A stretch of 63,630 bases of DNA, the filler included. It is 5 parts of 5 records of this genome, joined end to end, with 100 filler letters (N's around TTAATTAATTAA, not from the genome) between each part and the next. Parts side by side here need not be neighbours in the genome. Positions count along the whole stretch, not along the records: positions 19,648 to 40,260 come from SRR31156797_11453; positions 40,361 to 58,460 come from SRR31156797_11458; 3 more parts are not named here. One strand, given 5' to 3'. The notes beneath the pieces are model-generated. The model saw only the letters and a list, made by a program, of their open reading frames with translations, did not search any database and had not been told where the DNA came from. The position numbers and the translations under genes were made by a program. Each line of letters opens with the position of its first letter. The first letter of the stretch is position 1. Of this stretch, positions 36,538 to 47,709 are shown one piece after another.

Positions 36538-39500
36538 TTGAAACGCCTGCTTCAAATAACAGGAGGGATGATCGTCCTCGCATTTTTCCTTGTCGAACCT
36601 GGAATGGTCAGGGCCTCTGCCCCTGAGTTCCCGGTCGCCCCAGGAACGGCCCAGTCGTCCGCCCCTGAAGACCCCGGCTATTTCAGGGCGGTTGTCGAGA
36701 CCCTGGAAAGCTTGGGGGAGAGGCGGCCGGGCAGCCCCGGGGCCCGGGAGGCGGCCCGGTTCATCCGGGGAGAGTTTGAACAGATGGGGTTTGAAACCCG
36801 GGGCACCCACCGGTTTTCCCTGCCGGCCATCACCGGTAACGGGGCCGCCGTCACCCTTATGGCCACCGGGGAGACCCACGGGATCGATCCCTTCCTGGGA
36901 AATGTGATTTCGCCCCCCAGCATTGCCCAGCCGGGCCTGGAAGCGGATCTCGTATATGTGGGAGACGGCGGGATCCAAGCGTTTAATAATAAAACCATTG
37001 CCAACGCCTGTGTGCTCATGGATCTTGATTCCGGCAAAAACTGGCTCAACGCCCTGGCCCTCGGGGCAAAGGCCCTCATCTACCTTAGCCCGGAAAAGAC
37101 CGACCGGTTCCTGTTTGAAGATAAGATGGAGCTGTCGCCGGTCCGGTTTCCCCGGTTTGTCATGGCCCGTGCCAGGGCGGAAAAGCTCTTCGGAGACCTT
37201 GAGGCCCTTGGATCGGAACGAAAAGGGGTAACGGTGGGACTGACCTCGGATTTTTCCTGGCACCGTGTCCGGGGGGAGAATCTCTATTGCCTGGTGCCGG
37301 GAACCACCCTTGACAAGGAACTGATCGTGGTGGAGTCGTTCTACGACACCTCGGCCTTTGTGGCCGGCCGCGCCCCCGGGGCGGACCAGGCCTGCTCCAT
37401 GGCGACCCTGCTTATGTTTGCCCGCCATCTCAGGGACCATCCCCCCAGGCGGTCGGTCCTGCTGATGGCCACCTCGGGCCACGGATCAAGCCTTGCCGGC
37501 ATGCGTGAGATTCTCTGGAGTCTCCGGGAGAAGCAAAAAAGGCTGGATGCCATGATGGATCGCCTGGATGCCGAAATCGAGATGTCCAGCCGCTCCCTGT
37601 CGGCCCTGGCCGGTTTCAGGGCCATGGAAGCCCCCGGTACCGAGGCGTTTTCAATGATCCTTGCCCATGTTACCGAGGATGTGAAGGCCAGGGTGGAGGC
37701 GCTGAACAGCCGGCTGATGCAGCTCAGGCTGGCAGGTACGGACCCGGAGGGGCTCATTCCCTCCCTGGCCCGGGAGCGCATGATGCTCAAGCAGCTATCC
37801 TGGAAAACCGGTGCCCGTTTTTTTTCCCCGGGGGAGAAAGAACTGGTGGCCGCCCTTGTGCCCGGGGCCGTCACCCGGTTGGAGCGAAGGCTCGCGGATG
37901 CCCGGACACAGAAGCGAAACCTCGATTCGTCCCTGGCCCTCAGGCAGGTGCTGGCGGACCGGAAGATACGGCTTTTCATCTCCCTGCACCTTTCCAGCCA
38001 CGGCAACGGGGTGGGGGCCTTTAACCGGGGCGGGCTCTATCCCATCAAGGAGAAGATCAATCCCTATCCCCCCTATGCCAAGGTTGACAGGGTGCTTGCA
38101 GAGGTTGCAAAGACCCTTGACCGGCGGCTGAACATGCCCGGCTTCTTCAAGGACACCCTGCGCCCCAGCTTTAAGCAGTCCTGGGACAGTTTGCTGTTTG
38201 ACACCCCCGCTTTGGGGGGGGAGGTGAGCCAGCTGGCAGGCTTTCTGGGCGTAAGCCTTGTCACCCTCTCCGATGCCCGTCCCCTGTGGGGAACGCCCCG
38301 GGACCGTGCGGCGTCGGTGGATTTCAGCAACGCCAGGGCCCAGAGCCGGTACATCACCGAATTGATCGCCCTTGTGGCCGCCGCCCCGAAACTTGCCACG
38401 GGCCGTAAAACCAGGAACGGTTTTGCCACCATCAAGGGCCGGGCCAACTTCCTTCGCTCCGGGGAGCTCTTTGCCGATGCGCCGGCTGCCCAAACCATGA
38501 TTCTCTCCTTCCAGGGGCCGGGCATCCGTTACGCCATGGCGGATGAGACCGGCCGTTTTTACATCAAGGGGGTGGCCGATAAAAAGCATGTGCTCCACAA
38601 GGTGATCCTGGAGGGGTACCGGTTCGATCCTGAAACCGGGGAGGTGGTGTGGGCCGTCGATAAGAAAAGGACCTCCAAGGCGGGCTACCGGGTCAAGGTC
38701 AAACGGTTGACCAACGAGACCGATCTTGTGATCTTTCCCTGCCGCCAGACAACCCTTGTCAACCTCCTGGAACCCCGGACCTTTGAATACATGACAAAGA
38801 TCCAGGTGCTGGACGGCGTGTTCGACGCCCCGCCCATCCGGTACTGGTTCAGCCGGATCGACACCCGGGCGTCGACCCTCTGCTCCCTTTTTCTTGCTCC
38901 CGGTTCCTCCCTCAAGCTGACCCTGTCCGACACGCTTCTCACAAAGAAGCTGATCCTCACCAATGGCGGCCCGGATTATCCCCAGGGACGGGGCTATACC
39001 ATGGAGGCGCACCCCCTGATCGCCCCCACCCGCTACCTTGCGGCAAGGGACATGTGGGCCCTCCTGAACCCCAGGATCGACAACCTGGAGGAGAAGGGGA
39101 TCAACAACCAGAAGATCAGGGATCTGAGAACCCGGGGCAACCTTGCCCTTGATGAGGCGACCCGCTTGCGGGGGGCCGGAATTTATGACGGGTTCTTCCG
39201 GGCCGCGGGAACGGCCCTGGCCCTGGCCGGCAGGGTGTACCACCATGTGGAGGCGGTCCAGAAGGATGTGCTGTTCGGGGTGCTTTTTTACATCGCCCTG
39301 TTTGTGCCCTTTGCCTTTTGCCTGGAACGGTTTCTCTTCTGTTTCACCAACATCTACAAGCGGATTATTGCGTTCCTTTCCATCCTGGTTCTTCTCATCG
39401 CGGTGATATACAAGGTCCATCCCGCGTTTGAGCTGGCCTACTCCCCCCTGGTGGTGATCCTCGCCTTTTTTATCCTTTCCCTGTCCGCTTTGGTTGCGTG

Positions 39501-40260
39501 GATCATCTTTCTCCGGTTTGAAGAGGAGGTCAAGGGCGGCGGGCAATCCCCGGGGGAGGGGACCGAGATCGGTCTTCTCAAGGCCTTTTCCGCCTCGTTC
39601 TTCATGGGGGTGGCCAACCTGAGGCGGCGGCGCATGCGAACCGTGCTCACCTGTACCACCCTGGTGATCCTCACCTTTACCGTCATGAGCTTCACCTCGG
39701 TCAGGAACATCCGCAAGCATACGCGGATGGCCTTTGACGACCATGCCACCTACCAGGGGATGCTCATCAAGAAGCTCAACTGGAAGCCCCTTCCCGAATC
39801 CGGGGTTAAGACCCTTGGGAACGCCCTTGACGCGCCCGCTGTCACCGCCCCCCGGGCCTGGCTCGAAGCCCGGGACAGGACCCGGGCCCTGTCGGTTCCC
39901 GTCCGGTTCGAAGGAAACAGCGCAGCGGGTCACGGCCTTCTGGGGCTTTCGGCCATGGAGCCCCGGGTGTCGGGCCTTGGCCGCCAGGGGGTAAAAGGAG
40001 AATGGTTCACGGGAAAGGAGCGCTACGCCGTCATGATTTCAGAAACCATGGCCCGGCAGCTCAAAATCGATGCCACGGACGTGGGCCGTGCCGTCATTCA
40101 ACTCTGGTCCCTTCCCTTCCGGGTGGTGGCCGTGTTTGACGAAAAAACCTTTGATGATTTCAGGGACCTGGACGGTGAGCCCCTGACCCCGGTGACCTTC
40201 CCGGACGAGGTGTTCCAGCAGACCACCCAGGCGGAAATGGACGCCATGGAGTCGGGCCAG
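36538..40260 (+). CDS. Large M28-peptidase-like / FtsX-MacB permease fusion, 3'-truncated
   Basis: Signal peptide, RRPGSPG...APGAD (M28-like), three TM segments, then NLRRRRMRTVLT (MacB TM1); runs into the N gap. Confidence 0.75.
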
Positions 40261-40360
40261 NNNNNNNNNNNNNNNNNNNNNNNNNNNNNNNNNNNNNNNN
40301 NNNNTTAATTAATTAANNNNNNNNNNNNNNNNNNNNNNNNNNNNNNNNNNNNNNNNNNNN
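40261..40360. other. Artificial contig spacer
   Basis: N run with TTAATTAATTAA. Confidence 0.97.
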
Positions 40361-41774
40361 CGCGGTTATCGCCCATCATCCAGTAATAATCCTGTTTAAA
40401 GGTGTAGGATGTAACGGCTTCACCATTGATTATAAATTTCCCGTCTTTTTCAACCAGATCATTATTCTCATAGGTATTGATTATTTTCCTGTAAAGTGGG
40501 ATGCTCACCTGGTTCAGTTCAACAGTTGTACCAGCACCTGGTATAACCAACGGGCCAAAGTTATCTTCGTTCCAGGGATAGTTTTCATTATCGTGTGGGA
40601 AAATATTTGCATTTGGCTTATCCTTACTTTTAATCATCGGTCTGATTTCCGCAACCGTTTTCGCTTTTGCAATCATATCGGCTTTGGCTTTGGTTGTGTG
40701 AATCAGAAACATGTTGGGCCTGTTTTTTACTGAGTTTATTTCATCCTGTCTTAGATCATAAACCTCCATAATTTCTTTCAAAGATACCAACGAGCGCCCT
40801 TTGAGTGTGATATAATATGCCCATTGCATCCCAGGCGGATTAAATGCCTCTTCACCATTGATGTAAACCTGTTTATCGATGATCTTTATTTCATCGCCCG
40901 GCATCGCCATACAACGTTTAATGTAGTTTTCGCGTTTGTCAACCGGCCGGGCAACAACATTATAATCCCTCCAGATCATATCTCTCCCCATGCCTTCGTG
41001 ATACCTGTCGCCACGCTGGGCTTTCAGCGCAATTTCTGCCTGCCTGACTACTCCGTAATAATCCTGATTCTGCATCTCAAGAATTACAGTATCACCACTT
41101 GGATAATTGAATACTGTAGCATCATACCGGTCGACACTGCCAAATCCCGGAAAACGGTAATATGGAAGCTTTATCCATTCCACGTAACTTTTGGTGTATT
41201 TTGTGAGTGGTAGTGTGTGATGCACAAAAGGAAACGCAATCGGGGTGTTGGGGACCTTTGGCCCATAGGCCATCTTGCTTACAAACAGAAAATCACCAAC
41301 AAGCAACGAACTTTCCATGGATGAGGTTGGGATGGTGTAGGCCTCAAAAATAAAAGTCCGGATAATGGTGGCCGCCACCACGGCAAAAATAATGGCATCA
41401 ACCCATTCCCGAACACCACTCTTCTTAATTTTGGGCCTGTCGGCTGGTGGTAAATATTTTTCAGTGTCGCTAACTCCGAGATATGGAAGATAAGCAAAAG
41501 GGAAAAGTACAGCCAGAGCCTGATCGCCAAGGCCATATTTCCCGAATGATTTGGCCGTTTCAACAATCATCAAAAACACCATGAAAATATTGATAAAAGG
41601 CACAAATAAAATAAGGAACCACCAAAAAGGCTTACCATTCATTCTATTCCATTCCCAGTAGTTAAGCATCGGAATTACAGCTTTGAATGCCGGAACTCCG
41701 GCTTTTCTAAATATCGGGATCAGAAAAACAGGAAAGAACAGAAAAATGATGATGAGAACTGTAAGTGTATTCAT
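40361..41774 (-). CDS. lepB: Signal peptidase I with N-terminal membrane domain, 3'-truncated
   Basis: IPTSSM, YIKRC and MMGDNR motifs. Confidence 0.92.
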
Positions 41775-41849
41775 TCTTTTAAATTTAGAGTCTTGAAACG
41801 GCAAACCACTCAATGCCTTGCCGCCTGTTCGTTAATAAATGTTAATGTG

Positions 41850-42575
41850 TTAAATGATGTCAGCCATAAAATCATCCATGGTAAAAAAACCGGATTTACC
41901 GGATATCCATTCAGCTGCCTGCACGGCACCCCGGGCAAACCCGATTCTGCTTTTGGCTGTATGCTTAATTTCTATAATATCTTCTTCTGAAGTATAACGC
42001 AATTCGTGAGTTCCGGGAACATCTTCCAAACGATGTGAAATTACGGGTAAAACTCCTGACTCGTCATCATTATCGGATTTCCAGCTGTTAATTCGGTTTA
42101 GGATGTTGACCATTTCATCGGCAAGTTGCTTTGCTGTTCCGCTCGGTTTATCCAGTTTTTTAACATGATGTGTTTCTTCGATCTGCGCTTCATATTGGTC
42201 AAATTTATCCATCATGGTTGCGAGATGATGATTCAACCTGAAAAAAATATTCATTCCGATGCTGAAATTGGACGCCACGAGCAAAGTTTTTGATTCAGAT
42301 ACACACCGGAATTTTACCTCAGGCAATGAATCCTCCCATGCGGTAGTCCCCGTAACAACAGGTATGTCATAATCGAAACAGCGATTCAGGTTTGCTGCAA
42401 CCGTTTTGGGCATCGAAAATTCAATGGCTACCTCAGCTTTTCTTATCTCGAATGATTTGAATTTCCAGTCGGCTTCAGAGTCGATTACAGCAACAACCTC
42501 ATGATTCTTTGCGAGGGCTGCCTGCTCCACCGCCTTTCCCATTTTTCCGTAACCAATAATCACAATTTTCATCAT
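41850..42575 (-). CDS. dapB: 4-hydroxy-tetrahydrodipicolinate reductase
   Basis: GYGKMG and ETHHVKKLDKPSGTA motifs. Confidence 0.93.
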   Translation of the reverse strand: MMKIVIIGYGKMGKAVEQAALAKNHEVVAVIDSEADWKFKSFEIRKAEVAIEFSMPKTVAANLNRCFDYDIPVVTGTTAWEDSLPEVKFRCVSESKTLLVASNFSIGMNIFFRLNHHLATMMDKFDQYEAQIEETHHVKKLDKPSGTAKQLADEMVNILNRINSWKSDNDDESGVLPVISHRLEDVPGTHELRYTSEEDIIEIKHTAKSRIGFARGAVQAAEWISGKSGFFTMDDFMADII

Positions 42576-42577
42576 CT

Positions 42578-43153
42578 TCAAAATTTTAATTTCAAGGTCA
42601 GGCCCATAGAGGGTTGTGGCCTGAAAATGTTTTGGCTCCTAATGGGGTCGAACCTGATACTGAGATCTTCACCAACATCGAAATTGTAGAGATTAGCATC
42701 CACACTGGCATCCACAATATTAAGAATATAAAGCAATCCGGTGAGGATGTAATTCAATTCAAGGTTTCGCCTGTAATAGTTTCGCCCTTCCTCAAGTTGG
42801 TTGAGGTTTGCATTATATTTCACCACATATTCGTTATTCTCGAAATTGACCGTATCACCCGTTGCCACAATATTATAAGCCTCCCTGAATTTCCGGTACT
42901 CCTTTCCGTTAAAATTGATGAAGTAAATCAAGGTACCGAATCCCGCATATATAATTGGAATTTTCCAGTATTTTTTGTTGTAGGCCTGTCCAAGCCCTGG
43001 CAGTATTGCCGAATAAATTGTAGCTTTTTTAGCTGAATGATAATCTGCTGAGTCACTAACAACCCACATCTTCGTTTTAGGCTGTTCCTGTGCTTTTGCC
43101 TGCTGAAGGAACAAACCGAAAAATACGATACCAAAAAGTACCGTTGCTTTCAT
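42578..43153 (-). CDS. DUF5683-like membrane protein
   Basis: SAILPGLGQAYNKKYWK motif; conserved parB-dapB position in Bacteroidota. Start uncertain. Confidence 0.75.
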   Translation of the reverse strand: MKATVLFGIVFFGLFLQQAKAQEQPKTKMWVVSDSADYHSAKKATIYSAILPGLGQAYNKKYWKIPIIYAGFGTLIYFINFNGKEYRKFREAYNIVATGDTVNFENNEYVVKYNANLNQLEEGRNYYRRNLELNYILTGLLYILNIVDASVDANLYNFDVGEDLSIRFDPIRSQNIFRPQPSMGLTLKLKF

Positions 43154-43246
43154 ACAGAAACCGGAATTGGTAATTTGGCTGGACGTTTTCCCTATCAACT
43201 TTTTTGTTTTCAGCATTCAAGAGCTACAAACTGTTTTCCGGAAGTT

Positions 43247-44125
43247 TTATTTTTTGATGAGCTGTAAAATACGCTCCATCTCGTTTTCGGAGGTAAATTT
43301 GAACACGATGCTCCCGCTACCGCGGTTGTTTCGCTTAATCTCAACTTTGGTACTAAAATCTTCGCTCAGGTTTTTCGACATTTCCCTGTACTTTTCAGGT
43401 AATGTTGTCCGCTTTGCCCCACCTTTGTTAATTTTCTTTACCTGCTTTTCAATCTCTCTGACTGTCATACCTTCGTCGGTGATCTGTTTCAGGAGCCGCA
43501 GTTGCTCCTCGCGGTCTTCAATATTTACAAAATTCCGGGCCTGGCTCATCGAAATTTTTTGCTCACGAATGGCCAGTTGCAGTTCAGCCGGAAGCTTCAA
43601 GAGTCTGAGGTAGTTTGTGATGGTGGTTCGTTTTTTACCTACACGCTTACTCAATTCTTCCTGGGTTACCTCGCATTCCTCAATAAGACGCTGATAGCTG
43701 ATGGAAATTTCGATGGCATTGAGATCTTCCCGGTGGGTATTTTCGATCAGAGCCAACTCAAGCATCTGCTCATCATTGGCAACACGGATAAAACACGGGA
43801 CATCCTTAAGACCAACAATTTTTGCCGCCCGCAACCTGCGTTCACCTGAAATGATCTGGTACTTGTCGTACCCCAACTTACGCACGGTAAGTGGTTGTAT
43901 GATACCCTGTTCTTTTATAGAATCAGCAAGCTCCTGCAACGCATCATGATCAAAATCAGTTCTGGGCTGAAAGGGATTGGTTTCAATTTTCCCAACCTCA
44001 ATATCTGCCGTTGCTCCAACAACATAATTACCTGAAATATCCTTGGAGGTAATATCAGTATCCGGACTTTGCAAAATGGCTTCCAGTCCTCTGCCCAACG
44101 CGCCTTTTTTGTTCTTACTTTTCAT
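43247..44125 (-). CDS. parB: Chromosome partition protein ParB
   Basis: LGRGL, NPFQPR, GERRLRA and IENTHREDL motifs. Confidence 0.95.
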   Translation of the reverse strand: MKSKNKKGALGRGLEAILQSPDTDITSKDISGNYVVGATADIEVGKIETNPFQPRTDFDHDALQELADSIKEQGIIQPLTVRKLGYDKYQIISGERRLRAAKIVGLKDVPCFIRVANDEQMLELALIENTHREDLNAIEISISYQRLIEECEVTQEELSKRVGKKRTTITNYLRLLKLPAELQLAIREQKISMSQARNFVNIEDREEQLRLLKQITDEGMTVREIEKQVKKINKGGAKRTTLPEKYREMSKNLSEDFSTKVEIKRNNRGSGSIVFKFTSENEMERILQLIKK

Positions 44126-44930
44126 TTAAAAAATCAATTTCGTAATCTGAACTTTCCATTCTTGTCATGTTGTTTTTCTGCAGAATCTCCCTGGCAAGGT
44201 TCAGGTAATTCATGGCACCTGTCGACTGGGCATCGTGCATAATGATGGTTTCGCCAAAACTAGGTGCTTCACCCAACTTGGTATTTCTACTGATAATGGT
44301 ATCGAAAACCATTTGCTGAAAATGTGTCCGCACCTCTTCAACTACCTGTTTGGCAAGCCGAAGTCTTGTATCGTACATGGTAAGCAGAATACCTTCGATA
44401 TCCAGTTTATCATTCAACCTCGATTGTACAATTTTAATGGTATTCAGCAATTTACCCAGGCCTTCCAGGGCAAAATACTCACACTGCACAGGAACAATCA
44501 CAGAATCGCTGGCACTCAAAGCATTTATAGTTACCAGCCCGAGTGATGGCGAACAATCGATAAGTACAAAATCGTAATCGTTCCTGAGTTTGTCGATTAC
44601 CCGTTTCATCATCTTCTCGCGGTTGGGCATATTTATCATTTCAATCTCGGCACCAACCAGATCAATGTGTGCCGGAATAAGGAAAAGGTTTGGTGTGGTA
44701 GAAGTGATAATCGATTTCTCTGGATTCACCTCATCTATGATGCACTCGTAAATACTGGTTTGGATGTTGCGCGGGTCATGCCCCAAACCGGACGTAGCAT
44801 TTGCCTGAGGGTCAGCGTCGATCACCAGGGTTTTGTATTCCAGTACTGCAAGTGCAGCACCCAGGTTAATGGCTGTGGTCGTTTTTCCAACACCACCTTT
44901 TTGATTCGCAATTGAAATGACTTTACCCAT
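44115..44930 (-). CDS. parA: Chromosome partition ATPase ParA/Soj
   Basis: NQKGGVGKTT, DADPQAN and DCSPSLG motifs. Confidence 0.95.
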   Translation of the reverse strand: MGKVISIANQKGGVGKTTTAINLGAALAVLEYKTLVIDADPQANATSGLGHDPRNIQTSIYECIIDEVNPEKSIITSTTPNLFLIPAHIDLVGAEIEMINMPNREKMMKRVIDKLRNDYDFVLIDCSPSLGLVTINALSASDSVIVPVQCEYFALEGLGKLLNTIKIVQSRLNDKLDIEGILLTMYDTRLRLAKQVVEEVRTHFQQMVFDTIISRNTKLGEAPSFGETIIMHDAQSTGAMNYLNLAREILQKNNMTRMESSDYEIDFLNEK

Positions 44931-45053
44931 GAATTTTGTGTTCATTTTGGAGTGCAAAAATAGAATTTAATCTGCGGATATGCTCGCATAATTACAAAAA
45001 GTAATCAACACGACGAATCAAAATTATCAGATCATCAAATATGACATAAACAC

Positions 45054-45080
45054 AAAAAAAGCCGGCTTTAAGCCAGCTTT
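45054..45080 (-). terminator. Probable intrinsic terminator
   Basis: AAAGCCGGC/GCCAGCTTT stem with a minus-strand T run. Confidence 0.55.
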
Positions 45081-45104
45081 ATATGTTATCAAGATTCTAA
45101 TAAT

Positions 45105-45542
45105 CTACAATTTATCATCTTCTTTTTCAGCTAAATCCGAATCATCATCCGCCTTGGATTCCTGATCCGTATCTGTGCCGGATTCATCATCCTTTACCTC
45201 ATCAGAAGGTTCGAAACTACCAATACCAGATGTGGCTTCTGTTGTTTTCTCCTGACTTTCGTCCTCCTGCTGCTCTGGCCCTGGATTTGCTCTGATGAAA
45301 TCAATCACGCCAGTCAGGCCGTCAGCAAATTTATCAAAGTCTTCTTTGTACAGGAACAACTTATGTTTTTCGTAAAAGAACTTGCCTGAATCGTTGTTAA
45401 ATCTCCGTTTACTTTCGGTAATCGTCAGGTATTTTTCTTTTGCCCTTGTTTCCTTCACATCAAAGAAATAGGTTCTTTTCCCTGCTCTTACAACAATTGA
45501 ATAAATCTCTTCTCTCTCTTGTTTTTTATCTAACGCGTCCAT
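45105..45542 (-). CDS. PUR-family (DUF3276) nucleic-acid-binding protein with acidic tail
   Basis: RAGKRTYFFDVK and HKLFLYKEDF motifs. Confidence 0.85.
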   Translation of the reverse strand: MDALDKKQEREEIYSIVVRAGKRTYFFDVKETRAKEKYLTITESKRRFNNDSGKFFYEKHKLFLYKEDFDKFADGLTGVIDFIRANPGPEQQEDESQEKTTEATSGIGSFEPSDEVKDDESGTDTDQESKADDDSDLAEKEDDKL

Positions 45543-45798
45543 TTTCTTGCTTCTTTAATGAGTTTCTCCAACGCAAAAGTATGTATTTATATTTTAAATA
45601 TGCAGCACTCAGGCATTTTTTTTAGGAGCTGGTCTTATTCATAAATGGGTCAATATTTGTGAATGGTTAAATCCTAGTTTTTATGTTGATTTTATTTTGG
45701 AAGAGGTGTATACGACGGTTTGAAAATGTTTAGGAACATTACAGATAAAAAAAATACTTTTGCATCGTAAAATAAACAGATAACTGTTCTTCAATATT

Positions 45799-46761
45799 AT
45801 GCTCAGCAGAAGGCACTTACGCATCAAAGCACTCCAGGCACTGTATGGTTATTTTTTGAGCAACAACACTGACCTGGCCATCGGGGAGAAAAACCTGATT
45901 AAAAGTACAGCCCGAATTTACGAACTTGTGATGTGGCAAATTGGTTTTCTATTCCAGGTGGTGAAATTTGCATCCCGGCGGATTGAAGAAAACAAAAAGA
46001 AGTTCTACCCAACCGAAGAAGATATCAACCCGAATCTAAAGTTTATCAACAACCAACTGGTATCACAATTGAAGGAGAATAAGGATTTCACCAGGAAATG
46101 GAATGCTTATTCTATTAATTGGACTGATGAAACTGAACTAGTTAGGAAAATATATAACGAATTCAGGGAAACCGAAGCATATGGCCGTTATATGGTAAAA
46201 CCCGGGCAATCCTTTGATGATGACCGCGAAATCCTGATCAATTTATTCAGAAATCATGTGGCTTACAGGGATTCGCTGGACTATTTCTATGAAGAAAAAA
46301 ATATTTTCTGGGCCAATGATCTTGAAATTGCCAACCCCCTGGTTATTAAAATTCTCAACTGGTTTAAGCCCGGTTTTGACGAGTTTAAACTTATGCCCCC
46401 ACTTTTTAATACCGATGGAAAAACTGACCCGGATGAAGACAAAAAGTTTTTAGTAGAGCTCTATCATAAAACCATATTAAAAGGCAACGAGTTTGAACAG
46501 ATCATCGAAACGCGTGCTAAAAACTGGGAATTAAACCGTATTGCCATAATGGATATTATTCTGCTAAAAATGGCCCTTACCGAATTAACGCAATTCCAGA
46601 GCATACCGGTTAAGGTTACCATGAACGAATATATCGAGCTATCGAAATATTACAGTACGCCAAAAAGCCGCGTTTTTATCAATGGCATATTGGATAAGCT
46701 GATCATTGAAATGAAAGCTGAAAATAAAATCGTAAAACGCGGGAGAGGTTTGATCGACTAA
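45799..46761 (+). CDS. nusB: Transcription antitermination factor NusB
   Basis: MLSRRHLRIK, NEYIELSKYYS and FINGILD motifs; TACTTTTG -7 box at 45755-45762. Confidence 0.92.
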   Translation: MLSRRHLRIKALQALYGYFLSNNTDLAIGEKNLIKSTARIYELVMWQIGFLFQVVKFASRRIEENKKKFYPTEEDINPNLKFINNQLVSQLKENKDFTRKWNAYSINWTDETELVRKIYNEFRETEAYGRYMVKPGQSFDDDREILINLFRNHVAYRDSLDYFYEEKNIFWANDLEIANPLVIKILNWFKPGFDEFKLMPPLFNTDGKTDPDEDKKFLVELYHKTILKGNEFEQIIETRAKNWELNRIAIMDIILLKMALTELTQFQSIPVKVTMNEYIELSKYYSTPKSRVFINGILDKLIIEMKAENKIVKRGRGLID

Positions 46762-46764
46762 AAA

Positions 46765-47526
46765 TCAGAGCGACCTGGCATAACCCTTAAGTGCAGTAAT
46801 AAAATCATTTTTCTTCCTCACCGAAACATCCACCTCATCACTATTGTCAAGCACAACACTGCCACCCTTTCCTTTAACATAACGCTGCACATACTTAAGG
46901 TTTACCAAATGTTTGGAATGTATTCTCGAAAAGGCCTGATCAGAAAGAATTTTTTCAAAATTATTTAGCGATTTGGAGGCCAGTAATTTCCTGCCATCAG
47001 CCAGAAAAAATTCCGTGTAGGTATCACTAGCTTCAAGCCGCACGATATCCTCAATCAATAAAATATTTAAGCCATCATTGGAAGGGACAATAATTTTTTC
47101 GTGCTTGTGCTGGAGGTTATCTTTCAATACACTCAGCCGGGCACTGATACTTCCTTTCAACTTAACTTCATTATACCGGTTAATGGCTTTCCGCAGCTCT
47201 GTGTACTCAATAGGTTTAAGCAAATAATGAACTGCTGAATAATCGAAAGCCTTGAGCGCGTACTGATCGTGGACAGTGGTAAATATAACTTCAAATGAAC
47301 GGAATTCAACTTTTGCCAGCAAGTCGAAACCATCGCCATCAGGCATCGAAATGTCAAGGAATATCAGATCAGGATGATGTTTATCAATCGCCGCTACTCC
47401 CTCAGTAACATTTTTTGCAGTTTCAATAATATCAATACTGGGGAAATATTTAACGAGCAAACCTTTAAGTGTGAGAATATTGGTTCGTTCGTCATCAATA
47501 ATAATGGTTTTTGTTTTATGCTCCAT
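46765..47526 (-). CDS. LytTR-family response regulator
   Basis: REC domain (IIDDE, FLDISMP, LLKP) and LytTR domain (RIHSKHLVN). Confidence 0.9.
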   Translation of the reverse strand: MEHKTKTIIIDDERTNILTLKGLLVKYFPSIDIIETAKNVTEGVAAIDKHHPDLIFLDISMPDGDGFDLLAKVEFRSFEVIFTTVHDQYALKAFDYSAVHYLLKPIEYTELRKAINRYNEVKLKGSISARLSVLKDNLQHKHEKIIVPSNDGLNILLIEDIVRLEASDTYTEFFLADGRKLLASKSLNNFEKILSDQAFSRIHSKHLVNLKYVQRYVKGKGGSVVLDNSDEVDVSVRKKNDFITALKGYARSL

Positions 47527-47709
47527 GGGTTGCAATTTGGCTCTTGCATACAAATGTACATATAAACTGGCTGGCTTCGACTATTGACAGGAAAAATCCA
47601 GAATTCTGAATATGGCAGTTCTTGAAATATCAATCATTTGGATAAAATTTCCAACCTGCAAAATCACCAATCACATCAATTATATCTTTGCAGGCTAAAA
47701 TTTTAAATT

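Noticed and set aside
37795-39933. Long antisense ORFs (712 aa here; also 4892-6619, 21169-22794 and 25977-27683)
   Set aside because: They are shadow frames opposite well-supported genes in GC-rich DNA and show no recognisable motifs.
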